Assembly: GCF_004010195.1 (NCBI RefSeq) | Contig: NC_057720.1 | Location: 25,356,111 to 25,401,867 of the forward strand | From: Chiloscyllium plagiosum | Lineage: Eukaryota | Direction: 5' to 3' | DNA length: 45,757 nt | Shown here: piece after piece, positions 36,018-45,757 of the stretch | Layout of the letters: every line of letters starts with the position of its first letter | How positions within the stretch are numbered: the stretch's first letter is position 1 | Position numbers and translations under genes: made by a program | Notes under the pieces: generated by a model | Told to the model about the DNA's origin: nothing | Seen by the model: the letters and a program-made list of their open reading frames with translations, nothing else | Database searches by the model: none

Positions 36018-36719
36018 GAGGTTCAAGAAGGCAGCTCACAACTACCTTCTCAAGGGCAACTAGGGATGGGCAATAAACACTGGCCAGCTGGCAATGCCCA
36101 CATTTCAGAAATGGGTAAAAAAAATTCTCTTAGGTAAACATGCATATTCAGTTGACAGTTAGGAAGCAAGTGCAATGTTAGCATTCATTTCAAGAAGGCT
36201 AGTAAACAACAGATATATACTGGTGAGCCTGCATTGGTAAGTAGCTTTGGATCCCATATCTAAGAAAGGATGCTGTTGGAGTGGGTCCAGAGGACATTTA
36301 CAAGAATGATCCTGAGGATGAAAGGCATGTCATATAAGGAGTGGTTGAGGATTTTGGATGTGTACAGGATGGAGCTTTAGAATCACCCCTTTGAAGTGAA
36401 TGGGGTGATTTGATTGAAATTTACAGAATACTGAGAGGCCTAGATAGAGTGAACGTGGAGAAGGTGTTTTCACTCGTAGGAGAGACTAGGACCTGAGGGC
36501 ACAGCCTCAGAATGAAAGGACAACCCTTTAGAACTGAGATGAGGAGGGATTTCTTCAGCTAGGGGGTGATTAATCTGTGAAACTCATTGCTGCAGAAGAC
36601 TGAGTGTATTTAAGTTAGAGATAGTAGGTTCTTGATTAGGAAGTGGATCAAGGATCTTGGGAAGAAGGCAGGAGAATGGGGTTGAGAAACATTTCAGCCA
36701 TGATTGATTGGAAGAGCAG

Positions 36720-38581
36720 ATAAGTCCCCAGCTCTTGATGGGATCTAACCCAGGATATTGAGGGAGGCAAGGAACAATTTGCTGGAGCATTGGCAGATAA
36801 CTTTGGCCACAAGTGATATCCCAGACGACTGGAGAATAGCCAATGTTATACCATTGTTAGGAAGGGTAGCTGGGATAACCCTGGAAATTATAGGCCTGTG
36901 ATCCTCATGTTGGAGGTAGGGAAATTATTGGAAAAGATTTTCAGGGCAAGATCTATATACATTTCAATTATTGATAGCATGGTTTTGAACAGGGGAGGTT
37001 GTGCCTCATTAACTTGATCGGGATATTTGAGGAGGTGATGAAGATGATTGATGAGGGAAAAGCTTTTAATATTCTATATGGACTTCAGTAAACACTTTGA
37101 CAAGATCCCTCAGATTAGACTGGTATAAAAGGTGAAGTTCTTGGTATCAGGGTGAGCTGGCAAGCTCAATACAAAACTGGCTTAGTCATAGGAGACAGAA
37201 GGTAACGATGAAAAGATGTTTTTTGGAATAGAGGGCTGTGACTAGTGGTGTTCCACAGGGATCAATGCTGGGACCTTTGCTGTTCATGGTTGACATAAAT
37301 GATTTGGAGGAAAATGTGGCTGATAAGTTTGCACACCATACAAAGATTGGTGGACTTGTGAATAGTGAGAAGGATTGTCAGAGGATACAGCAGGATATAG
37401 TTCAGTTGGATGCATGGGCAGAAAAATAGCAAATTGAGTTTAATCTGGACAAATGTGAGGTGATGCATTTTGGAAGGTTAAATATGGGTGGAAATTGCAG
37501 AATCTTTAGGAGTATTGATATGCGGAGGGATCTGGGTGTGTCAGTCCACAGATCATTGAAGGTGGCAGCACAGGTAGATTAAGTAGTAAAAAGCCCTATG
37601 GCATGCTTGCTTTCATTGGAAGGGGCATTGAGCATAAGGATAGGTATGTTATGCTGTACCTTTATGGAACTTTAGTTAGGCCATGCTTGGAATATTGAGT
37701 ATAGTTCTGGTCACCACATGACCAGAAGGATGTGGATACTTTGGAGAGAGTGCAAAAAAAGTTCACCAGGATGTTACCTAGTATAGAAGAGTTTAGCTAT
37801 GAAGAAAGGTTGGATAGACTGGGTTTGTTTTCACTGGAATGCAGGAGGTTGAGGGAGCAACCTGATAGACATTTTTTTAGATTAGGTTAGATTACATTAC
37901 AGTGTGGAAACAGGCCCTTCGGCCCAACAAGTCCACACCGACCCGCCGAAGCGAAACCCACCCATACCCCTACATTTACCCCTTACTTAACACTACGGGC
38001 AATTTAGTATGGCCAATTCACCTGACCCTGCACATCTTTGTGATGTGGGAGGAAACCGGAGCACCCGGAGGAAACCCACGCAGACACGGGGAGAACGTGC
38101 AAACTCCACACAGTCAGTCGCCTGAGGCGGGAATTGAACCTGGGTCTCTGGCGCTGTGAGGCAGCAGTGCTAACCACTGTGCCACCATGCCACCCACAAA
38201 GGTTGTAAATGGCATGACTGGAGTGTCATGCCATTTATAAGGTTGTAAACGGCATGACTGGAGTGGTAAGTATGAGGCTTTTCCCCAGGGTGGATGGGTC
38301 AATTACTAGGGGACACGGGTTCAAGGTGCAGGGGGAAAAGTTTAAAAGAGATGTGCAAAGCAAGTTTTTCACATAAAGGATGGTGAATGCCAGGAATGTG
38401 CTGCCAGAGGAGGTGGTGGGAGCATTCAAAACAAACCTGGACAAGTACATAAATAGGAAGGGCAAGGAGGCATACAGATCCTATAAGTGATGGCAATTTT
38501 AGTATGGAAGGGCAAAATGTGTTAGTGCAGGCTTAGAGGGTCAAAGGGCTAGTTCCTATGCTGTATTGTTCATTGTTCTTT
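36720..38581 (+). mobile_element. Second CR1 inserted in the 3' UTR of the first
   Basis: GVPQGSMLGPLLF, KFAHHTKIGG, LVRPCLEY; (ttgttct)n tail. Confidence 0.88.
37876..38196 (-). mobile_element. Full-length young V-SINE
   Basis: Reverse complement gggtggcatggtggcacagtgg..., near-intact V domain, (taatc)n tail. Confidence 0.93.
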
Positions 38582-39167
38582 GACACGATAGGCCGAATGA
38601 CCTTAATACACTCTAATGTCTTATGGTCTTGTGGAAACAAGTTCAAAGGAAGAGAGTGAAACAATAGTTAAAGGTTGTGCTTAAACATTGCAAGTAAAAC
38701 GTAACTAAACATCAGAAAGAGAACTAAGACACATAAGTACATCATTAAAGCATATAGACAGGTTTGACTGTATGGCTTAGCTAAGTGATCTTTATAAAAA
38801 TATATAAGATAAAACCTTGAAGACTATAACACAGTAGCGTCTAGTGGGACATTGGTTGTGAGATGGTCAGGACTGGGACCAAAATATTCCAGGCTTAATA
38901 ATCTAGTGGCCTACAGGAAAATAGGGAAACTGGTGGAATGGGAGGAGACGTTCCACTCTTTATTTCCTTGAACCAACAAGTGTGACATTCCATTTGTGCC
39001 AGATTTAGTTAACACTCTAAACATGGGTGAACTTTTATCAAATAGTGATCATTATAATGATCAAATTTGACATAATTTCCGAAGGAGGACAAATGAGAAA
39101 CATATATTGAGATTCTGGATTATGATGAGACAGATTGTCCATGGAAACTAAGAAAATCTGATAATAT

Positions 39168-39337
39168 AGAATAAAAGCAGAAATTGCTGGTGAAACTCAG
39201 CAGGTCTGGTAGCATCTGTGGTAAAGCATCACTGGACACTTATTGTTAACTCCTTTCTCTCCACAGATGCTGCCAGACCTGCTGAATTTATCCAGCAATT
39301 TCTGTTTTTGTTTCAGATTTCCAGCATAACAGTTCTT
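39168..39337. mobile_element. Penelope hairpin element
   Basis: Arms 39173-39221 and 39261-39309 are near-perfect reverse complements. Confidence 0.8.
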
Positions 39338-40362
39338 GGACCAGTTTATTAAGGCACAATAGCTCTAGTTGCCAAATGAAGAGCTATGATTTTCTAAAGA
39401 GGTAAGAGGCAGCACAAAACTAAAAAAAAGCACAAACAATAATCTAAAACAGTAAAATATTACAGATTCAAAGCCATGGGGAAGATACAGCAAAAGCAAA
39501 AAATAATATAACAGAAAGTAAAAGCTACAAAACAGAACAAAACAAAATTTGCAATGGATATCAAAATTGACCCAAGAGTCTGTTTCAATTGCATTCAAGA
39601 AAAGAGGTTGATCTGGAACTATGTGGCTATTTTGAAAATCGATAGTGGTGTTATTGTCATGACAATAAGAAACTAATGGGTTAATGCTTACAGTGGATGT
39701 GGTGGTGAGCATGCTACACATCCCAAGGAGACTGATATTTACTCAGGAGCAGGGACTGATCCAAATTAATGTAAGCAGAATAACAATAGTAAAAAAAGTA
39801 AGGGCACTAAAGTGCAACAACTCCCCAAGACCAGATGGTCTCACCCCAGGATTTCAAATGAAATAGTTGATAACATTCCAAATAGCCTATTTATAATTGA
39901 ACAAAGTTCTATCAATTTAGAAACCATTCCTTTAGATTGGAAAATTGTGATATGGGACAAGCAACAATTGGCAGTCTCTAACTAGTGGTGCCCTGTAAGG
40001 ATTTGTGTTGGCATTCTGATATTCACAGTATATGACTAACTTATATAATTGGATAGCAAACATATCTACAAATTTTCTGATGATATGATTTCATTGTAAG
40101 TAGCAATGTAAGCAATACAGATGGAAGCATAAAATTTAAAAGAGATATTGATAAGCTAAATGAACAAACAAAATTATAAAAGTTGAGTTTCAATGTAGGT
40201 GAGTGTGAGCTCATCCATTTTGGATCTTAAAAGAATAAAATTAATTGTTTTCTAAATGTGCAAAGGTTGAAATGGTGGAAGTGCATAGAGACATGGGTGT
40301 CCAGGTATGTGGATCATCAAACAGTAGTGAACAGGTATAGAAAATAATTTCAAAAACTAATA

Positions 40363-41379
40363 ATTGTGGGAAATCATGTCTCACAAACTTGATTGAGTTT
40401 TTTGAAGAAGTAACAAAAAGGATTGATGAGGACAGATTAATTGATTTACATGGACTTCAGTAAGGCATTCGAGAAGGTTCCCCATGGGAGACTGATTAGC
40501 TAGGCTAGATCTCATGGGATACAGGGAGAACTAACCATTTGGATACAGAACTGGCTCAAAGGTAGAAGACCTTTGGTGGTAGAGGGTTGTTTTTCAGCTG
40601 GAGGCCTGTGACCATTGGAGTGCCACAAGGATCACTGCTGGGCCCTCTACTTTTTGTCATTTGCATAAATGATTTGGACGTGAGCATAAGAGGTACTGTT
40701 AGTAAGTTTGCAGATGACACCAAAATTGGAGGTGTAGTGGACTGTGAAGAGGGTTACCTCAGACTACAGCAGGATCTGGACCAGATGGGCCAATGGGCTG
40801 AGAAGTGGCAGATGGAGTTTAATTCAGATAAATGCGAGGTGCTGCATTTTGGGAAAGCAAACCTTAGCAGGACTTATACACTTAATGGTAAGGCCCTAGG
40901 GAGTGTTGCTGAACAAAGAAACCTTGGAGTGCAGGTTCATAGCTCCTTGAAAGTGGAGTCGCAGGTAGATAGGATAGTGAAGAAGGCGTTTGGCATGCTT
41001 TCCTTTATTGGTCAGAGTATTGAGTACAGGATTATGAGGGGCAGGGATAGGATAAATAGACAAAGTCTTTTCCCTGGGGTGGGGGAGTCCAGAAGTAGTG
41101 GGCATAGGTTTAGGGTGAGAGGGGAAAGATATAAGAGACCTAAGGGGCAACTTTTTCACGCAGAGGGTGGTACGTGTATGGAATGAAGTGGTGGAGACTG
41201 GTACAATTGCAACATTTAAGAGGCATTTGGATGGGTATATGAATAGGAAGGGTTTAGAAGGATATGGGCCAAGTGCTGGCAGGCGGGACTAGATTGGGTT
41301 GGGATAGCTGGTCGGCATGGACAGGTTGGACCGAAGGGTCTGTTTCCATGCTGTACATCTCTATGACTCTATGACTCTA
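40363..41379 (+). mobile_element. Young CR1 RT fragment
   Basis: GKSCLTNLIEFF, YMDFSKAF, GVPQGSLLGPLLF, SKFADDTKIGG; deletion at ~41030; (ctctatga)n tail. Confidence 0.93.
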
Positions 41380-42866
41380 TGTTGGCCTTTATATCTAGAA
41401 TATAAGGGGGTAGAGATCATGCTTCCACTGTATCAACCATGCATGCAGCAGTTTGAGCAGTTCTGGACACCAAACTTTAGGAAGAATATAATAGCCTTGG
41501 AGAGAATTCAGTGTAAATCTATCAACCAGAATTCAGACAGTTACATAAACTGGGATTTCTCAGGAATTTTGAAAGTTTTGGGGTTATTTGTTCCAAGTGT
41601 TCAATATATTAGAACAAGTAGAGTGAAATAATTTCAGCTGTGTGGGGCGTCCAGGGCTGAATAAAGAGTCTAAAAATTAGTACCACATCTTTCAGGAGTC
41701 AAATTCAAAAATATTTCTTTGTAAAACCAATGGCAGATGTTTGGGACTTTATTCTGCAAATGATAATTGTGCAAGATCTTTTATTTATTTTAAATCTTTT
41801 GTTGATATATTTTTATCAACCAACAGTACAAAGGGATGTGTGGGAAAGGAAGGAATAGCGAGTTAATTATAGAGCAGCCATGATCTATTTGAATTATTGA
41901 ACATGCTCAGGGTTGAGGGGAGCTAAATGGTGTACCATTGCTCCTAGGCAGTGAGATACACACACATTTATGCACACATATAATGAGGCAAACATATATC
42001 ATGAGATGCACATAGACAGGCATTAAGATATTTTGGAATATGCTCACATTGTCAGTTACAGACCCAATGGTTAGAACTCTTTTATATACAATCAGGCATG
42101 CACCACATCAAACTGAAATTAAAATGCTGCAAATCATTTGTTTGTAATAGGATTAGAGCTGCAGCCTGACTCAGTTTCCTGAAGAAGCATGAAATACTGA
42201 ATTTAATTATAGCTAAATAACCAAAGGAAGTCAATCATGAAACAAAATGGAAACACCTTTGAGAGGTGTTGAGTAGCTCACCATTCCCTAGAGGCCAATG
42301 GAGAGTTAATAAGCAAAGAAATTAATCCCTGCATTTTCCACCAATCACTATAAATCAGTTTGTCCGTAAATCCATAAATATGGTATGCAAAAAACACTGC
42401 CAAGACTCTCTAGTTATTTAAAAATTATATGCCCTCAACAGCTCTAAGTAGGTCCCTGTTTACCAATGAAATTTACTGATATTTTAGGACCAAGCCCAAA
42501 AGCTGTTCTTGGAAAGAATGTTCCTTTATTGAAAGAAAAGCTGGAGATATTCAACTTTATTGGTTCCCCCATCATATCCCATGTCACTTTTTAAAATGAC
42601 TTGTGTGAAACAGAGTGAGTGGTTCACTCAGTGAAAGCAATTCTGGCATTTTTCATTTGCTTCTCTAAAAATTGTTTTTTTCTTCAAAGTTCGCATAAAA
42701 ATATACAAAGGAGTGAAATCCCTTCTCTGTTCAAAGTACAGATTAAAAGAGGCAATGGCAATTTCAGATCAGCTTTGAGAAAACTAATGTATCCCCAGGG
42801 ACAACATTTGTTCCAATTTTCTACAGTGTCATTTGTCAAGCACACAGATAACATAGCTAAGGTTAA

Positions 42867-43435
42867 CCATAAGACCAGAAGAAATAGGAACAAAAGTAGG
42901 CCATTCGATTTGTATAGTCTGTTTCCCCATTCAGTGAGATCATGGATAATCTGTTAATCCTCAATTTCCTGCCTTGTTCCACAACCCTTCATTCCCTTAC
43001 TGATTAAAAATCTGTCTATCACAGCCTTGAATATATTTAATGACCCAGCCTCAACAGCCCTCTGTGGTAAAGAATTCCACAGATTCACAACTCTATGAGA
43101 AATAAACTTTGTCTCAAATGTGGTGACTCCTTATTCTTCTGATGTTAGACTCTCCCATAAGAGGAAATAACTTTTCTGCACCTAACATGTCGAGTCTTCT
43201 AAGAATCTTGTATATTTCAATAAGGTCACCTCTCATTCTTCTATATTCCAGCAAGTACAGGACCAAACTACTTAATCTCTCCTCATGAGACAGTTGCGCT
43301 ATACCTGGTATCAACCCAGTAAACCGTCTCTGGACTGCCTCCAATGCTAGTTTATAGTTCATTAGATATAGGACCAAAACTGTTCAATATATTCCAACTG
43401 TGGTCTCACTAGTGTCTTGTATAGCTTTAGCAAAG
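42867..43435 (-). mobile_element. CR1 3' fragment
   Basis: LEAVQRRFT, RGDLIEIYKIL, 3' UTR. Confidence 0.88.
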
Positions 43436-43464
43436 CCTCAAGCTGTTTGAACTCAAAATTCCAC

Positions 43465-43735
43465 AGAATCATAAAACACAGAAAGAAACCATTTGGCCAA
43501 TTGCACTTGCATGTACTGTTTGATTGAAAGAGCTATCCAGTTTCATTTCATTGTAAATTTTCCTTTTCTGGGTATATATACAATACTCTTTTGTGATCAG
43601 AATAAGTAAATGGATTATTTTAACTTTATTTAACTCCTTCTTAAAAACATTCAATGTTATAGCTTCAATCATTTTATGAGGCAGAGAATTCCACAGGCTC
43701 ACCAGTGTCTGGGTGAGGAAATTTCTCCTTGTTTC
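43465..43735 (-). mobile_element. Old CR1 3' end
   Basis: RRNFLTQTLVSLWNSLP. Confidence 0.7.
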
Positions 43736-43784
43736 ATGTATGATAAGTGCAATATGCAACCTTTTACTTTGCAATCCTCAGATT

Positions 43785-45250
43785 TTGGCTACAAGACAGA
43801 TTCTATGGATTTCAGCAAAGTCTTAGACAAGGTCTTGTAAGGTAGACTGAGAAATAAGATAAAAGCACATGAGATCCAGGGTAACTTGACAAGTTGGATC
43901 AAACATTGACTAGAGGTAGGAGATGGAGAGTGACGGTAGACGGCTGCGTGTGTGACTGGAACCAGGTGTCTCGTGGCATATTACAGAGGTCTGTGCTGGA
44001 TTCCAGAGAAGCAATGTTGAAGAAAATGTGGGGCATAATAAGTAAGTTGGTGGATGATATGAAGAATAGCTGGGTGTTTGATAGTGAGGAAGAAGACCTT
44101 AGATTACAGAAGGATAAAGACAGATTGGTCAGATAAGCAGATCAGTGGCAGATGGAATTTAACCCTGAAAGGTCTGTGGCAATGCACTTTGGAAGAAGAA
44201 ACAAGGCAAGAGAGCACTCAATGAATGGCTGGATACCAGGAAGGTCAGAGAAACAGAGCGACCTTCTGATGCTTGTCCACAGATCCCCGAAGGTGGCAGG
44301 ACAGACTAGTAAACTGGTTAAGAAGGCATATGGGCAGCTTATCTTTATCATCATGGCATAATTATAAGAGCTTATGTTGGGGCTGTACAAAACTTTGATT
44401 AGGCCACAGCTGGATGTACTCTGTGCAATTCTGGTCACCATATTACGCAAAGGATGAGATTATACTGGAGGGGGTGCAGAAAAGATTTTTTTCATTCATG
44501 GGAATCATTGGCTAAGTTATATGAGAATCAACCATATTGCTGTGGGCCTGGAGTTATATTTAGGCCAGACCAGATAAAGATGGCAGTTTCCTTCCCTAAA
44601 GGGGATTAGCAAACCAGATGTGTTCTTCCCAACAATCAGCAGTCATCATTAGACTATTAATTCCAGATTTTTATTCAATTCAAATTCCACAACGCTAGGA
44701 TTTGAACCTGGGCTCCCAGAATATTACCCAAGTTGTTGGATTAATAGTCTAGTGACAATACCACTAGGCCATTGTCTTCCCCTGATCAGGATGTTACCCG
44801 GAATGGAGCATTTTAGCTATGAAGAGGGGCTTGATAAGCTGAGGTTGTTTACTTTAGAGCATAGAGGCTGAGGAGGGACCTGATGTCTAAGATTATGAGG
44901 GGCATGGACAGGTTGGATAGAAAGTAACTGTCTCCCATAGTTGAAGGATCAATAACGCGGAGGCATAATTTAAGATGAAAGCCAGGAGATTTAGAAGGGA
45001 CTTGAGGAAAAACTTTTCTCATCCAGTGGGTGGGAATCTGGAATACACTACATGGGAAGGTATATGAGGCAGGAAATCTCACAACCTTTGAAAAGTACAT
45101 GAATTAGCACTTGCAATGTCATAATATTCAAGGCTATGGGCCAAGTGTTGGAAAGTAAGATTAGTGTAGATATAGTTTCTGTTCAGTGCAGACTTGATGG
45201 GCCAAAGAGCATCTTCTGTCCCATATGATTCGATGATTCTAAGATTCTAA
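43785..45250 (+). mobile_element. CR1 RT relic
   Basis: MDFSKVLDKV, SKLVDDMK, QWQMEFNPE, LIRPQL; (gattctaa)n tail. Confidence 0.85.
44486..44782 (-). mobile_element. tRNA-derived SINE with L2-type tail, nested in CR1
   Basis: Reverse head ggggaagacaatggcctagtgg; same family as 12740 and 16453. Confidence 0.8.
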
Positions 45251-45419
45251 GGCCAGCATCCTTCTTTTAAATGCAACACGTTCATTTTCATGTTGCTTTT
45301 CAGAAAAGGAAAGGTGCCACTGACACTCTCAATGATTACGACTCTTTCTCTCAGTACTCTGCTATTCTCCTTACCACTTGCTGTCCTCATCCCAGTCAGT
45401 GATGTGAGTTCACTAAATG

Positions 45420-45552
45420 CAGCAAGGTGGCTCAGTGGTTATCAGTGCTGCCTCACAGCATCAGGGACCCGGGTTCAATTCCACCCTCATGCAACTGATG
45501 CGTGTGAAATTTGTACATTCTCTCTGTGTTTGTGTAAGCTTCCACCGGATGG
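45420..45552 (+). mobile_element. V-SINE 5' half
   Basis: tggctcagtgg, ggttcaattcc, start of the V domain; cut by the adjacent CR1. Confidence 0.75.
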
Positions 45553-45554
45553 TC

Positions 45555-45757
45555 CAACATAGAAAAATACAGCGCAGTACAGGCCCTTTGGCCCTCGATG
45601 TTGCGCCGATCCAAGCCCACCTAACCTACACTAGCCCACCATCCTCCATATGCCTATCCAATGCCTGTTTAAATGCCCATAAAGAGGGAGAGTCCACCAC
45701 TGCTACTGGCAGGGCATTCCATGAACTCACAACTCGCTGAGTAAAGAATCTACCCCT
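45555..45757 (-). mobile_element. Young CR1 3' end (continues beyond the window)
   Basis: aacatagaa tail, cagtacaggccctt; the reverse complement reads GRFFTQRVVSSWNALP. Confidence 0.88.

Larger units (their letters stand above)
35850..36124 (+). mobile_element. L2 3' tail nested in CR1
   Basis: ggactgcagaggt|tcaagaaggcagctcac..ccttctcaagggcaactagggatgggcaataaa; attct duplicated at the flanks. Confidence 0.8.
34530..38630 (+). mobile_element. CR1 ORF2 relic (34530-36720, tail resumes 38582-38630)
   Basis: DGIHPRVLKE, VPEDWK.A.VT.LFKKG, YLDFQKAF, KFANDTKIGG. The 3' UTR is split by a second CR1. Confidence 0.88.
38820..41945 (+). mobile_element. Old CR1 ORF2 relic, interrupted twice
   Basis: WDQNIPG, SPRPDGL.P, IPLDWK, LSFNVGECELIHFG; resumes at 41380 (MLAF..EYKG). 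Confidence 0.7.

Noticed and set aside
40587..41186. 199-aa ORF with reverse transcriptase motifs as a functional gene
   Set aside because: It is a truncated CR1 ORF2 with an internal deletion and a frameshift, and has no authentic start.
1..45757. Prokaryotic system (CRISPR, retron, defence operon)
   Set aside because: No operon-like ORF density or repeat-spacer array; all RT motifs belong to vertebrate retrotransposons.

Overview
Non-coding, AT-rich vertebrate DNA dominated by transposable-element relics. The repeat set (V-domain HE1-type SINEs with (TAATC)n tails, CR1 LINEs, Penelope fragments, Deu-SINEs) points to a cartilaginous fish, most likely a shark; this is inferred from the repeats alone. 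No intact protein-coding gene is supported. The ORFs that show recognisable homology are decayed CR1 reverse transcriptase or Penelope GIY-YIG fragments; the rest are chance frames, many of them across SINEs or LTRs. Contents: many nested CR1, L2 and Tx1 LINE fragments; an internally deleted two-LTR Gypsy element (4076-6065); two probable solo LTRs; several tRNA-derived SINE families; about a dozen Penelope-derived pieces; and a 168-N assembly gap. The most notable signal is a set of minimal hammerhead-ribozyme motifs (CUGANGA-stem II-GAAA-NN-UH) carried by the Penelope pieces. Four keep an intact core (2760, 10897, 27860, 35897), and one ~207-bp palindrome carries two copies in inverted orientation. 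Also notable: an unexplained 65-bp near-perfect inverted repeat about 1 kb apart (19575/20636), a local templated copy of an exon-like sequence inside a SINE (30710 vs 31801), and template-switch scars. A few splice-signal-bounded candidate exons exist but cannot be assigned to a gene. Repeat boundaries were read by eye and are approximate.
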